Source: Trypanosoma brucei
Taxonomy: Eukaryota
NCBI GenBank assembly: GCA_000002445.1
Contig: CH464491.1
Location: forward strand, 1,920,001-1,984,000
DNA: 64,000 nt
Direction of reading: 5' to 3'
Shown: piece by piece, positions 53,101 to 63,850 of the stretch
How the letters are laid out: every line of letters starts with the position of its first letter
Position numbering within the stretch: the stretch's first letter is position 1
Made by a program: the position numbers and the translations under genes
The notes under the pieces: generated by a model
What the model was told of the DNA's origin: nothing
Seen by the model: only the letters and a program-made list of their open reading frames with translations
Database searches by the model: none

Positions 53101-53202
53101 TTCCGTATGGTACACGAGGTGGGGACTGTCGTCCATGCTACGCAGAATAACCTGTAGCCGCTCATTGCGCTCAAGGTCCTCTATCCGCCCCATTTCTTCC
53201 AA
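50182..53202 (-). CDS. large hypothetical helical protein (1006 aa) with acidic Glu tract. Possible vesicle-tethering-type subunit (speculative).
   Basis: 3-kb ORF. The N-terminal ~100 aa have a basic PH-like character (RIHRHGRKKKVLLAATPFYLYLLKVKGMRFYARW). Poly-E (SGESEEEEEEEEEDGG) follows, then predicted long helical repeats. Confidence 0.65.
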   Translation of the reverse strand: MEEMGRIEDLERNERLQVILRSMDDSPHLVYHTEGPLRIHRHGRKKKVLLAATPFYLYLLKVKGMRFYARWPNIRLTASLRDNVLLIESDTNFEETENGAGGAVVNGKNASGDDFRSVMLFGTAFVDLREVEQRLMELTCDARLRAEQLAKDEIQSVSMRELYADEKAVTSKDPDSGESEEEEEEEEEDGGPVWGQGQQQRAALSRQRDGEQSSLFQKAPSRYLAVTSIVDGEFTDYSTLKNAYIRNEEDVLLEDIATFINENKGQVEKLCERHYPVFLQAARQCTSISEDDAKLVGQELSGAIELVRSSAMDMKVAAAELTLSRRVKDNVARVRLLLHGALEVAEHLETTEARLRQQQLLGAVVSLKQLLQMATPLIEYTLGDYVINQRVPQIAHEIFTCAIQHLNAWLKLLREMSLPIGTAAMTWRGTVDPGSVEKELHMTDEGEWWVELSCTSAFIRRAPFAEAEGISKVLRGAAMQEVFEELRCGAYYRNYYIDCRAQQAKLDLYDTPLHTEGVSGKALVEDLNTYCATALGFILIEDIVYHVTDPHMQSTAEVLCMWDQISHAIAERARCVTSALANDPDYTEHVVDVFRLLRRFVNIAVDSVVSVRLSPVIVSRMLEVMSDSIISTWLQEACVEASQIVSNDTLQPISVGTDEEYNAYVKRFSFDRYKDIELFIPSGDLSAGEVVLPYALLVPKIGETALRFLARCHSIIEVNNGAVARQSEFNNVDEMLLKYLSVLFRTVAGVMQGHLASVEGNAMMKLAVYVTSCAVMPIILSCVEQQFVLAWPGDYGGLHRRKKLGEPQLLDSSSSLFAKEVQNGIGRLLPSFMREVEERLKPTADVNHWKRLVAVRQGTVSHSVESGVGTVFSGDEVNVENGGLIAAMDFIIGTIPKLLAVLQVSVTRSVLSTVITQAAITAQMNIEQAIHAGIGDGGSSDLTELRACVKEFEQICATHIPQWKQRIAASISEMTVAHRFPLNPTQIADDLLAWIANKEAALKRTL

Positions 53203-53526
53203 CTAAGGGTTTTCAACACAAACACGAGCGACCCTGTTCAAAGGAGGGCAAGGTGTGAGAAGAAAATTTACGAAGGTAGGGTCACATAGCCCCTGAACCA
53301 AAACAAAGTAGAAGCAAAAATAATGAAGTATCTTTTTTTTCTATGTTGTACCACAATCATCACCGTGGTGCTGGATCACATAGCGGTCCTCTATGTATAA
53401 GGTTGATCTCCCCCAGGAATTTGCCCAGTGATGCCATTATTAATCTACACTGGTGCCCAGCCGTTGCTCGCTACCTGCACCACGTCCTTTTGATTTCCAT
53501 ACCACCAGGGAAATAGGGGTCATCCA

Positions 53527-55623
53527 CTAGCCTGTACAGCAGCACCGAGTCTTCTGTTTGCGCCGCACCTCCGCCGCGGGATGTTGTTCCGTTTCTGCAT
53601 TTCTCTGATTTGCAGGAGAAACACTAGGCTCCACACCTACTGAAGGTGAAGATGGCGGTGGTGCACGAGTGATGGAAGGATTCAAATCGCCCCTGATATC
53701 AATAACGGCATCGGGGCCCTTTGAACGCTGAGTACAGCTGTCAGAAACGCTCATGGCAAGTGGACCGTCCTCAGTCAGCCCATCAGGAGCACTGACTCGG
53801 CGTGTTCGTAGAGCCGCAGAGTCCTTTGAACGTGTTGTGCGAGTGGACGAATGACTTCCTCTGCGCCTGCTACCCCGATGCTTGCCGTCAGAAGCTTTTG
53901 ACCGCTGCGCCTTTGGTCGCGGCGCTCCTGACGCATGAGAGGGGCTGCGTGAGGGTCCCTCAACTAAGCTGTCAGGGGCAGTTGGCCGAGGTCCCTTAAC
54001 TTCTGAATTATATACGTTTTGAGCGATATCAGCGGTGTGACCATACGGTTCCGTCGAAGATGAGACATGGGCACCTACATTATCTGGTCCGCCATGTTCC
54101 CCAGAGGACCAACGCCAACTGTTTCGCAGAAGACTTTTAAACTCATTGGGTTCAACAACTAGTGAAGTTCGCAGATACCAAGGCGCAGTGCTCAGTGCAG
54201 TGGGTTGGGGGTTCGCAGTTTCATGCCCTAACATCTGAGATGCTAATTTGCGGCACCGCTCACTTTGTTGATTTAACATCAACCCCGACTTCATTGGATA
54301 GTCCACATTATCCATATTTGTGTCGTGCCCCGTACCACTAGTGTTGGTTCCTGGTATAGGGTTTGTTACATGCACCCGTATAGGGGGGCCAGCTGCCGCT
54401 TTTCCGTTCTTTGCGGAACAAATGCCATGCAGGTCTATAAAGACGCAGGCGGAGGCACCGCGTGGTTGTTCCGCGGTTGTAGCGGCGTTAAGGGGCTCTG
54501 TGGGACTACTCTCCGCTGCACTTGACACACTCATTACGGAAGGTGCAGCACTCCCAACATTCCTCTGCTCCTTTGTTCCCTCCCTCTCCCTTTCTTCGTT
54601 CCGCGCTTGATCTTTTTGTTCTTGTTGCTCGCCGGGCGCCGGTTTCGTATCAACCTTCGAATCACCTTCGTCTCTCTCTGTTTCACCCACCTTCATCAAG
54701 GGACGTGGCTCCCTGGGGGATCGAGGGGAGGACATACTTGACAAAGTCCCACTGAGACAAACGGGGCTTGAGACACCACATGACAAAGGGGCTTGTTCGT
54801 TCTCCTGTGCTCGATTGGAGTGTGTGTCATCGGATTCAACGGTTTGACCTGGGGCAATGCTTTCTACCTCCGTCCCTGGTTCCGTCTGTACACCGGTGTT
54901 ACAAACAAAGGATTGCCGTCTACTGGTCCCGATTCCCAACTGCTGCCGCTGTGCGGCCTCCTCCAGTAGCGACCTTAATGCCTCTTGAACGGGTGATGGG
55001 ACCGTGTAAGGCAGGGAGGGAGAGTATAAAGGCTGGAAACGCATAACGGGAGGCGATGGGTAACTCGCGGTCCCCATAGAGCGCTCGGGTGCCGGAAAAG
55101 TAATTTTAAGGGCACCCGAGCGCGGGGTCTCTGCTCCCTTTGAGGAAGGAACATACACGCAAACACGATTCATGCCATTCACCACTTCCACTGGCTCGCA
55201 AGTGACAAATTCGTCAAGGTTATTTTTCTCCGAGTTCCCTGAGTTACTGCTTCCAGCCGCCGATAATGGAGTACTTTCATTTTCGTTGCCCCTTTCATTT
55301 GGTGGAAATGGCGAACGCAGCATACGGCTGCGTGGCGTGGCATTCATATGGTTTTGCGTTGTCCTAATTTCTCTCTCAAACATTGGAAACTCAACAGGAG
55401 GCGATCGTATTCCCGTGCTCAGCTGGCGCCTTCTTCCAACACCGCTTTGCATGAGAGAAGACGTACAGCAGGAAACCGACGACCCACGTCTCACCAAGTC
55501 CTCATCATTGCCGTAGGGTGCTCTAATATCTTGACTCTTAGGCCCTTGCATACTCATAATGGACGACATTCGGTCATGAGTGCCCACTCCCTCGAACTGC
55601 TTCCCACGATACCGTTGCATCAC
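53527..55623 (-). CDS. Ser/Pro/Thr-rich low-complexity protein (698 aa)
   Basis: Long ORF strongly biased to S, P, T, R, G. No motifs. Retained because the frame is maintained over 2.1 kb in register with the transcription unit. Confidence 0.5.
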   Translation of the reverse strand: MMQRYRGKQFEGVGTHDRMSSIMSMQGPKSQDIRAPYGNDEDLVRRGSSVSCCTSSLMQSGVGRRRQLSTGIRSPPVEFPMFEREIRTTQNHMNATPRSRMLRSPFPPNERGNENESTPLSAAGSSNSGNSEKNNLDEFVTCEPVEVVNGMNRVCVYVPSSKGAETPRSGALKITFPAPERSMGTASYPSPPVMRFQPLYSPSLPYTVPSPVQEALRSLLEEAAQRQQLGIGTSRRQSFVCNTGVQTEPGTEVESIAPGQTVESDDTHSNRAQENEQAPLSCGVSSPVCLSGTLSSMSSPRSPREPRPLMKVGETERDEGDSKVDTKPAPGEQQEQKDQARNEEREREGTKEQRNVGSAAPSVMSVSSAAESSPTEPLNAATTAEQPRGASACVFIDLHGICSAKNGKAAAGPPIRVHVTNPIPGTNTSGTGHDTNMDNVDYPMKSGLMLNQQSERCRKLASQMLGHETANPQPTALSTAPWYLRTSLVVEPNEFKSLLRNSWRWSSGEHGGPDNVGAHVSSSTEPYGHTADIAQNVYNSEVKGPRPTAPDSLVEGPSRSPSHASGAPRPKAQRSKASDGKHRGSRRRGSHSSTRTTRSKDSAALRTRRVSAPDGLTEDGPLAMSVSDSCTQRSKGPDAVIDIRGDLNPSITRAPPPSSPSVGVEPSVSPANQRNAETEQHPAAEVRRKQKTRCCCTG

Positions 55624-56411
55624 TCATGCGGTGGCCTTTACCCTACGATTTGTTAGCTTTCAAGCATTTTTATGTGTTTCACGGAGGAAGCGGAGTGGAT
55701 TATGTTCCGGAGTTCACACAGCCAAGAAAATTGCGGTTTCACCACGAGCGCAAAGCTCATGAGTACAAAGATGCTGAAGGGAAAACACCAATATATAACT
55801 AACGAAAAGCAGTAAAGGGGACCGAGGGGGGGGTGTGCGGCGAGCTGAAAACATCAAAAAGAAAACACATGGCTGGTCGGAGGAAGGCGGCGGAGAGCAC
55901 CGCAACCTTTTGCCGCTCGCGAGAGTCTGACAAACAAAGGGAGCAATAAAGAAAAAAACAGAAAAGGAGGAAAGGTGGAGAACATGGGAGAAGACGAATG
56001 TGCGCATCCCGACAACTGAATGTCACTTCCCAATCCCTATACACACGCGTGCACACGCACTCACCTACGGTAATCTCCTTCCCTCTCCCCTTGCCCGACC
56101 TCTCCTCATGCGCTAGATTGCCTTCTTTATCCGTCTTCATTTTGCCCTGCTTTGTTTGTGTGGGCATGAGTCTTCCCTTCTTTAGATATAGCTCTACCAC
56201 CGCTCCACTACGATTCTTTGTAATTTTCCAACTGTTGACACCATACTTCCATAATAAAAGGGTTGAAGCTAGGGCGCACCAGAAAGCAAACAATAACATT
56301 TCCAATGAACAGTCGAACAGTGGGAAGAAAACGGTGAATAGGGAAGGAATGACCAGATTAAATTTTCCGGACGACTCTCTACCCCACACTTGGTAGAACC
56401 ACCTCCAGAAT

Positions 56412-57425
56412 CTACGAAGGTGTTTCTGGTTCCATCCAAATACGGGCACGGAATGTCTTGTACAGATCCCGTACGAGCACCCTGAAGTCGAGCCGCTGAT
56501 GTGCGCGATAATAAAAGGTAAGCTTTTTTCGGTCAAATTGATATTCCGCATCAACAATTAACATGGATAATCCGTGCTCTTCCACTTTCTTCTGCGCCAC
56601 TTCGACCGCACGGTCCTCCAATTCAGTCTGCACACCTTGAAGCTGCGACACCTCCAGTGCACTAGCCACACGTAATACACGGCCAACGCCTTCCGCCCAC
56701 TTCTTTTCGCCGCCGCAGTCCCGTTCGTCATGTGCCCATGTTCGCGTGACGAGTCCAATATCCTCACCACGGTCACCGCCCACTACTACATACTCCCCGG
56801 GGGAAACATACGTGGGGGATTCGAACTGGAGGACGCGCATCCGCTTAAACATGACAATGACCTGGCACGGGGCACTGTGATTCTTGGGTGGGGACCGGTT
56901 ACGTCTGTCCTCTGGGATTAGCTCGGGCGTGGGCCGTTTGCAGTCCTCGTCCCCAAGCACAATATCCCCGACATGGCCCTGCCATAGGGAGGGTGTTCCT
57001 TGATTTGTGTTGCCGTTGGTGCCCCGTGCAGCGCCAGCCACCTCGTCTATAATGCGGTCGTAATTCACTGTCGCGCGACTCACCGGGGGTGAGGCCATAG
57101 ACGGTGTGGCGCGCGACTTATCCTCAATGGCCACAGTTGGCCGGCTTGGAGTCACCATAAGTGAATCAAGGAGCTTCGCGTTGCTGTCCTCGTGGTGAGG
57201 ACTCACAGCAGTTTCATTGAGTAGGTCCTCAAGGCAATTAAAGCGACGGTCAACAACACCACGCGCGGTTTGTAGGCGCATGAGGCATTGGACGTACCAT
57301 TCCTCGACCAACCGCCTGGTTTCTTCGATGTCCTTGAGAATTGTTGCGGCCATAAAAACCGTTTTGTTTGAGTCCCTCCTCGCTAATTTGACGCAATACA
57401 CCGCCAAACTGGGAAACGACAACAA
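56412..57425 (-). CDS. PSP1 C-terminal domain protein
   Basis: Block FESPTYVSPGEYVVVGGDRGEDIGLVTRTW...LEVSQLQGVQTELEDRAVEVAQKKVEEHGLSMLIVDAEYQFDRKKLTFYY matches the PSP1-C signature (VExDRGxDLGxV ... EYQFDRxKLxFYY). Confidence 0.7.
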   Translation of the reverse strand: MLSFPSLAVYCVKLARRDSNKTVFMAATILKDIEETRRLVEEWYVQCLMRLQTARGVVDRRFNCLEDLLNETAVSPHHEDSNAKLLDSLMVTPSRPTVAIEDKSRATPSMASPPVSRATVNYDRIIDEVAGAARGTNGNTNQGTPSLWQGHVGDIVLGDEDCKRPTPELIPEDRRNRSPPKNHSAPCQVIVMFKRMRVLQFESPTYVSPGEYVVVGGDRGEDIGLVTRTWAHDERDCGGEKKWAEGVGRVLRVASALEVSQLQGVQTELEDRAVEVAQKKVEEHGLSMLIVDAEYQFDRKKLTFYYRAHQRLDFRVLVRDLYKTFRARIWMEPETPS

Positions 57426-57789
57426 TGTCCAAATAACGCAATCGCAGTAACCTTCTGCTCCTTAGTTTCGTGCCGTCTTAGAGACGGGGAAGTTTCTTCT
57501 GCCACCAGGTGAAACGGTAAGAAAAGCGTAAAACGCATCGATACACCAAACAAATGGAGATAGAATGAGAACAGTTACAAGAAAAGCACAGTCAGTTGTA
57601 GACAAGAGGGAGGAAAAGAAAGAAGAAAGATTTGGAGAACGTAAGGTAGCTATCGCTACATATGCGCTCACTGCTTCAAACCTCGCATTCTTTACTACCA
57701 CATTCGAAGTGCAGGAGTTCATGCCGCGGAGAGGGGAGAGGATCAAGTGTAGGCTACAGTAAATCTACCACACACGCGGAAGCGGAACG

Positions 57790-58689
57790 TCACCAAACAA
57801 CAAGTGGATCCTTGTCAACGGTAGAGGTGATGACGCTCACCTCTTCACCCATAGCTTTCTTTAATTTTGGTAACAGCTCACTACTCAGGTACCCACGTTC
57901 CGTGTTACTGTGTTCACATAATATCACCGCCTGTCCCTTGGCGTTGGCCGCGAGGACTTCGTGATGGCCCATTTCCCCGGCGAGAAGCACGTCTACGTGT
58001 TCCTTCAACCCACTGAAGACGCTACCACCACTTCCTGCACAAATGGCCACCCGCTCCACAGGTGTGTTTCCGGTCCAACAACTTGGCAGCGAAACCCGCA
58101 CAGTTGGAAGGCCTAACCCCTGTTTAATGTCCTGCACCAACGTATGTATCTCTTTGGGTCCGCTTAATGATACGATACGACCGATTCCGACCGTCGCATC
58201 AACTTTACCGCAATTTTTGTCTTGCATATAAATTTCGCAAGGCCGAATGGGGTAACATCTTCCCCTAGCATCGACAATGGAGGCGAGCCAATCATTTATA
58301 CCTCCTGAAACCGCATCCAATGAAGTGTGGGGAGAGTAAATGGAGGCTCCATGGCGTATGGTCTGCAGTATTATTTTCTGCTTGGGATCTGTCAGTGTCA
58401 GCCGTTTAAACGGTGTGAAGATGGGCGGGTGGTAGGCGATGATAACCTCAGCATTGTGGCGCAAACACTCTTCCATCACCTCAGGGGTGAGATCGATCGT
58501 CAGCACAACAACGCCTGAGTTGTTGCTCATGGGAGACTCCACCAGAACACCAACGTTATCCCAAGATCTATCAGCAAGGTGAAGTGGGGCGATCTCCTCC
58601 ATTACCCTTGCTACTCGACTGATAAGAGAAGTCATCTTTTTTCTTAGTACTTTCTTCTTTTTCTCTTTCAACCCCCGTAAGGGACCCAA
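57790..58689 (-). CDS. NIF3 (NGG1p-interacting factor 3)/YbgI-family dinuclear-metal-centre protein
   Basis: LADRSWDNVGVLVESP, VVLTIDLTPEVMEE, VIIAYHPPIF and a C-terminal GHHEVLA ... AVILCEHSNTERGYL are classic NIF3 family blocks. The more likely start is Met 58633-58635 (MTSLISRV). Confidence 0.8.
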   Translation of the reverse strand: MGPLRGLKEKKKKVLRKKMTSLISRVARVMEEIAPLHLADRSWDNVGVLVESPMSNNSGVVVLTIDLTPEVMEECLRHNAEVIIAYHPPIFTPFKRLTLTDPKQKIILQTIRHGASIYSPHTSLDAVSGGINDWLASIVDARGRCYPIRPCEIYMQDKNCGKVDATVGIGRIVSLSGPKEIHTLVQDIKQGLGLPTVRVSLPSCWTGNTPVERVAICAGSGGSVFSGLKEHVDVLLAGEMGHHEVLAANAKGQAVILCEHSNTERGYLSSELLPKLKKAMGEEVSVITSTVDKDPLVVW

Positions 58690-60267
58690 ACACGTGTGCG
58701 CAAATGGTGTGGACGCAGGAACCAGCAGGGAATTTTTCTTTTTCTAAAAGTCTCACACGAATGCAGCACCACGCTGGAGTCATGCAAAGCAAATAACGAA
58801 GGGTCAAAGATGGGCAAGAACACATCCAACAGGCACAACCACAATCCGTACATGTATCCCTACACCCCCACACATGTAAGTATACCGCCGACCGTGTTTA
58901 AAAAAAAAATCACAGCAAGCACGTGTAACACGGATACGAAGTGAGTGTAGGTTGACAAAGATCATGACACGGTACCACCTCAATCAGCAATCATCTTCCC
59001 CACCGATAACGGAAATAATGGGACTCCAATTATACAAAAATGCACACGCTCGCGCGCGCAGAAACAGAAGTTGTGAGGAAGAAACGCCGGGTTTGCTATC
59101 ACTCCTCATGATAATCTGAACAAAAAAAAAAAAGAACAAGTGGATGACCCCATCCGCAGTCGTGAATTAGTAACTGGGGGGGGGGGGGAACAACTAGTTT
59201 TTTTTTCGTAATGGCCCTCAGAAGCCCTTACGGCGGCCCATAGGGCGCTGGAACAAACCAAGAAAAGCAACATGGAAGTATAAATACACCCTCAAAAACA
59301 TGGAAGACCTACTTCACTATTGAGGGTCCCCGACCGTCAGTTACACAACTTTAGTAGAGCAAAAGTGACGACCTCGGTCGGCCCGTGCGCGACCGGGCCT
59401 AGCACATCAGAGCCACTGTCAAGACGAGAGACGCTTATACAAATACAAATGGTGTTATCTCCTCCCTCTCCCTCTCCCTCACAAAAACAACAACAACAAC
59501 AGCAGCACACTAACTTTAAAAAAAAAACATATCCACACGGAAAAAGTGAGCCCCTCTACCGTACAGCCATGTGACCGGCGCTCGAAAACTCGAGGAGGCT
59601 GAAAGGTTTAGCGCAACCCTCCTACCGCTTTCCGATCCCACATATGCTTCTGAAAACACTACAAACTGTTCGGCATTTATATGGGAAACGACAGGGTTAG
59701 GGTTAGGGGCGGTGCTGCGCTCAAGTTGTAAGGTGGTGCACGTTTTTGCGATTCAGTAGCACCACTAAAGTGAAAATAAAATAAACTAAAAGATCAACTC
59801 GAAGAAGAACAGCCGATAACAAAGGCAGATTCCGCTGCGGCAGGGCATTACCTTCACTCTGCCTCTCACGATGCTTATTGCGGAGAAGTCACAGAAAGGA
59901 ACCGTTTTTGCGAGCAAAGGAGCTGAATGAACGGGGGAATGAAGCGGAACAAACGGATTCATTAGCATGCTGCATCGATGGCAACTATCACCTGCTTTTA
60001 GTGCCAAGTACCCGCACAGTGTTGTAACACACGACTTCCTCACCAACGCCACTGCAATCACAATAACAGGTCCCGCAGAAGGAAGGCGCCCTTTAGGTCA
60101 TCACTCCCCGCACAGCAGTGCGTTATTCACAACGATCCAAACATATGAGCTCTCCACTGCGAGTCCGTTCTTCATACTCCTACTAGTCCACCCTTCCCTA
60201 ATTTCCTTCACGTATAATATATCCATCCTCTTCCATTTTGTTTCTGCCTATGTATATGCGTATGTTC

Positions 60268-61464
60268 CTAACGAGTGCGTTTCCGTTCCAAAAGGCGATA
60301 CGTATTGCTTCCAGGGAGTGACACTTCCTCCGGCTCACACGGTAGCGGCGATGTGGAAAACCATGAGTGTCCCAAAAGCTGGGAAGCGCTTTTCCTCGAG
60401 TTGGGCTCAAGCTGCAGCATCTCTCCCAAGAAGTCTATACTCTCATTACTCATGTTCACCATCCTACACCGTTCCTCAAAGTTCCTGGGTTGCCTCTTCG
60501 ACGGCCGTAACCGTGAACCACCAGCTGCACCATAGTACACTTCGCTTCTACTTGACGGTGAGCCAAGCATGTCAGTGATGGCCGCCAGCGCTTGCTGTTC
60601 ATTTCTAGCGTTGCTAAAAGCCTTGCCTCCGGTCAACATCTCATACAAAATACAGCCCGCTGACCATATATCAATCGATGAGTCATATTTAAACGAGCAC
60701 TGACCCCCTAGAAGAATTTCCGGAGGTCGATACGTGACCACGCACGGTGGACCCGTCAAACGTCCTTGCCACCTACGCGGCACGAACCGCGCCCAGCCAA
60801 AATCAACAATCTTCACTACCCCGTTGTCATCTAGCATAACGTTACTAGGTTTCAAATCGCGGTGAATAATGTTCCGCCTATGCAGGTACTCCAAACCACG
60901 GAGCAGCTGGCGAAAGACGCATTTAACCGTTGGTAAGGGCATGCGACCCAGGCTGGACTCGCCCCGAGGCCCCCTCATCTTCCATATGCGGATAAGGGAT
61001 ACTAGATCATGGGAAACGATGGGCATGCACATGTGAAGCATCCCATCTGACGTCAGATAGTAGTCGATAAGACGGACAACGTTTGGGTGGTCGATTTGAC
61101 TGAGTAGAATTACTTCGCGAAGGGTGGGCTGTGACAAGCTTCTCAATGCCGGCCCCGGTTTACCTAGCAACTCCATGCATTTTACCGTTAGATACGCTTT
61201 CCTCTCCGTGTCGTACACAATGAACACGCTGCCAAATGATCCCCGTCCGACCCTAATCACCCGCTCGTAACGTTTCCACAGTTCTTCCGCCTTCCAGATA
61301 CGCAAACCGCATGCTCCTTGGTCTAGTTGCGTCATCCAATGCGCGTAGCGATCTAGTATAGTGCGGTTAAATGCTCCGACACTGTTATCGTACGCATTGT
61401 CTGTGATACCGTTCCTTGTAAGCTCGCCATGTTCCTTTGCTTCACTATCTCCCTGCTGCTCCAT
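60268..61464 (-). CDS. cdc2-related protein kinase (CMGC/CDK-like)
   Basis: VGRGSFGSVFIV, cyclin-binding-helix analogue PTLREVILLSQ, HRDLKPSNVML, DFGWAR, YRPPEIL and DIWSAGCILYEML. Confidence 0.85.
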   Translation of the reverse strand: MEQQGDSEAKEHGELTRNGITDNAYDNSVGAFNRTILDRYAHWMTQLDQGACGLRIWKAEELWKRYERVIRVGRGSFGSVFIVYDTERKAYLTVKCMELLGKPGPALRSLSQPTLREVILLSQIDHPNVVRLIDYYLTSDGMLHMCMPIVSHDLVSLIRIWKMRGPRGESSLGRMPLPTVKCVFRQLLRGLEYLHRRNIIHRDLKPSNVMLDDNGVVKIVDFGWARFVPRRWQGRLTGPPCVVTYRPPEILLGGQCSFKYDSSIDIWSAGCILYEMLTGGKAFSNARNEQQALAAITDMLGSPSSRSEVYYGAAGGSRLRPSKRQPRNFEERCRMVNMSNESIDFLGEMLQLEPNSRKSASQLLGHSWFSTSPLPCEPEEVSLPGSNTYRLLERKRTR

Positions 61465-62034
61465 CTATACTCGGCAACTTCTGAACAAAATATATGAGCC
61501 GAACACACACGGAAGTACATGAAAACAAGGGGGATGGATGTGCAAATCAAGGAAGGGAGGGGCAGAGAGGCGAAAGTAACTGAAAGGACGTTCGCGGGTT
61601 GCCGAATGTGGGGGCAGTAATGTGATACAAGAATGTGCATGTGCCTGCGGAAGGAATTGATAAACAACAACAACATGAGCAAATATATTTCAAAGTTAGT
61701 AGAGCTGTAAAACAAATACAGGTGAGGTAAGGATGGCCTAACAGTCGTAAGCTCCCTCAGTAGCCAAAATGGTCACGGCTCCTGACACGGCAACCAACCG
61801 TGCCCTTACACGAATGTGCATAACTACCATTCGACGCAGGCTGGCCCTCAGCATACAATGGTCCCAATGCTACTAGTCACGGAACTAAAGGAAACAAAAT
61901 GTGGCACCCCCCCCCGTTTCCCTACCGCTGCCCCCGAAGACCCCTATTATTTAATTTTCACTTACTGACCCACGCTCACACCCGCAGAAATAGATTATTC
62001 GTATAAACACGTAAACCGCTTGTAATTGCTACGG

Positions 62035-63477
62035 TCACTCCCCCTTGTCGGGTGTCGTTCCCTCCGCCTGAGCGTTGTTCTCAAACCTTATCATCTCAAT
62101 TCCCATCATGTACGGGCGGAGTACATCGGGTATAACAACACCTTCCTCCGTCTGATAGTTCTCGCAAATACAGCACATAGTGCGTGTAATAGCACACAGA
62201 GTGCCATTCAGCATGTGACAGTACTCCTTCACATTCTGAGCGGCTGTACCACGCAGGTTTGGTCCATAACGGCAATTCACGCTTTGTGACTGGTAGTCGG
62301 TGCAATTGGAACATGACACTAGCTCACGGAACGCCCCAGACGCAGGGAACCAAGCCTCCAAATCGTACTTCTTTGCTGCGGCGTTGTTCAAAGCACCGGA
62401 GCAAATGTTAACGACGCGGTATGGCAGGCCGAGGCTCTTGTTAAATTCCTCAGAGGTTGTAATCATATCCTCTAAGTGGCGCCACGACTCCTCCTGCCGA
62501 GGTGAGCACACGACAAACTGCTCTATTTTATCAAATTGGTGCACTCGGAAAATACCGAGAGTGTCACGTCCATGAGCGCCAGCTTCCTTTCGGAAACACG
62601 TGGACATTCCGGCGTATTTCAAGGGTTCCTTAAGCTCCGTGAACCACCTTCCCCGGTGGTACGCGGCGATTGGCATCTCGCTGGTGGCGATCAAATACTT
62701 TTTGTCTCCGTCCCCAGATACCTGGTATAGCTCCTCGTCAAATTGGGAAAGCTGCGCCACCTCGCCCATGACGTCCCTGTTCAAGAAAAAGGGAGGATAG
62801 AATGGTGTGTAGCCCCGCTTGACGAGAAAATCAAGACTGTACGATACGAGAGCCACCTGCAGCTGAACGAGTCCGCCCTTCAACACGTAAGAACGGCCAC
62901 CTGCCATTGAGGTAACTGCCTTTGAGGTGTCCATCATACCAAGTCGCTCCATAATTGACACATGATTAAGCTTTGCCCGCTTCGTCGTATTCCCGAAGGT
63001 GCGCACCACAGTGTTACCAGTTTCTTCATCCTGTGCTATTGGCACTGACTCATGCAAAATGTTACCCACGTTAAGCATGAGTTTGTCCCGCTCCTCTTCC
63101 AGCTGTTGTGCTTCTTTTGCGAGGCCAGCCACTTGATCCGACAGGTCCTTCGACAACTGTTTCAGCTGCAGGACGCAAAGCTGCTCGACCTGTTCCCCCT
63201 TCAGCGTCCCATTTTCATACGCCTCCTTCACTTGCGGTGGGATCTCAGACGTATCACCATCGGCTTCCTTTGCTTTCTTTTTTGCTCCCACAGCTTTGCT
63301 GCAGATGTTGATCAGCTTCTTACTGGCCTCAGTGAGGAACTGGGTGCGGCGCCATTTTTTGTCCGCCTCTATAATAGCGTCAACAATGTCAGGATCGGCA
63401 AAACGGCGGCGCTGCGACTCGCGTATGATATTTGCACCCGTCTCGTCTCGAAACAGCTGTATATCAAGCACCATCAA
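62035..63477 (-). CDS. seryl-tRNA synthetase (class II)
   Basis: MVLDIQLFRDETGANIIRESQRRRFADPDIVDAIIEADKKWR matches the SerRS N-terminal tRNA-binding arm. The class II core (FRKEAGAHGRDTLGIFRVHQFDKIEQF, GYTPFYPPFFL) is typical of SerRS. Confidence 0.9.
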   Translation of the reverse strand: MMVLDIQLFRDETGANIIRESQRRRFADPDIVDAIIEADKKWRRTQFLTEASKKLINICSKAVGAKKKAKEADGDTSEIPPQVKEAYENGTLKGEQVEQLCVLQLKQLSKDLSDQVAGLAKEAQQLEEERDKLMLNVGNILHESVPIAQDEETGNTVVRTFGNTTKRAKLNHVSIMERLGMMDTSKAVTSMAGGRSYVLKGGLVQLQVALVSYSLDFLVKRGYTPFYPPFFLNRDVMGEVAQLSQFDEELYQVSGDGDKKYLIATSEMPIAAYHRGRWFTELKEPLKYAGMSTCFRKEAGAHGRDTLGIFRVHQFDKIEQFVVCSPRQEESWRHLEDMITTSEEFNKSLGLPYRVVNICSGALNNAAAKKYDLEAWFPASGAFRELVSCSNCTDYQSQSVNCRYGPNLRGTAAQNVKEYCHMLNGTLCAITRTMCCICENYQTEEGVVIPDVLRPYMMGIEMIRFENNAQAEGTTPDKGE

Positions 63478-63850
63478 GACGTTAAATTAAAAACGCACCG
63501 TCAATGTAGTTTAAAAAAAAATGAAGGATAGAAAGGATGCCCTCTAATAATTCGAATGCTTTTCAGAAAATGACCCCTATTTTTTTTGTGTGGCGAACCA
63601 TAAAAAAAGAAAATGGACAACATAAAGAACACGGTAATCTGATATTACTAGGTGCAAGAGATACGCAACGTACATCGGGGTATTACAAGTGCCTTCACAA
63701 AAAAAATAATAATGATAATTGAGGTGGTGCTCTGCACGGAGTGAATGCATTCCAGAAACGGTGACCTCGCTTTCTCACTGTAGCACCCGCATAGGCAAAC
63801 TTCCGCCCGACCTATGTACATGGATTTTTTCTCCCTCTCCCCCTGGGTCA

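Noticed and set aside
55799-56557. 252-aa minus-strand ORF overlapping the 3' end of the PSP1-domain gene
   Set aside because: It overlaps a better-supported CDS in another frame and runs through spacer sequence with a Phe/Leu/Cys-rich translation.
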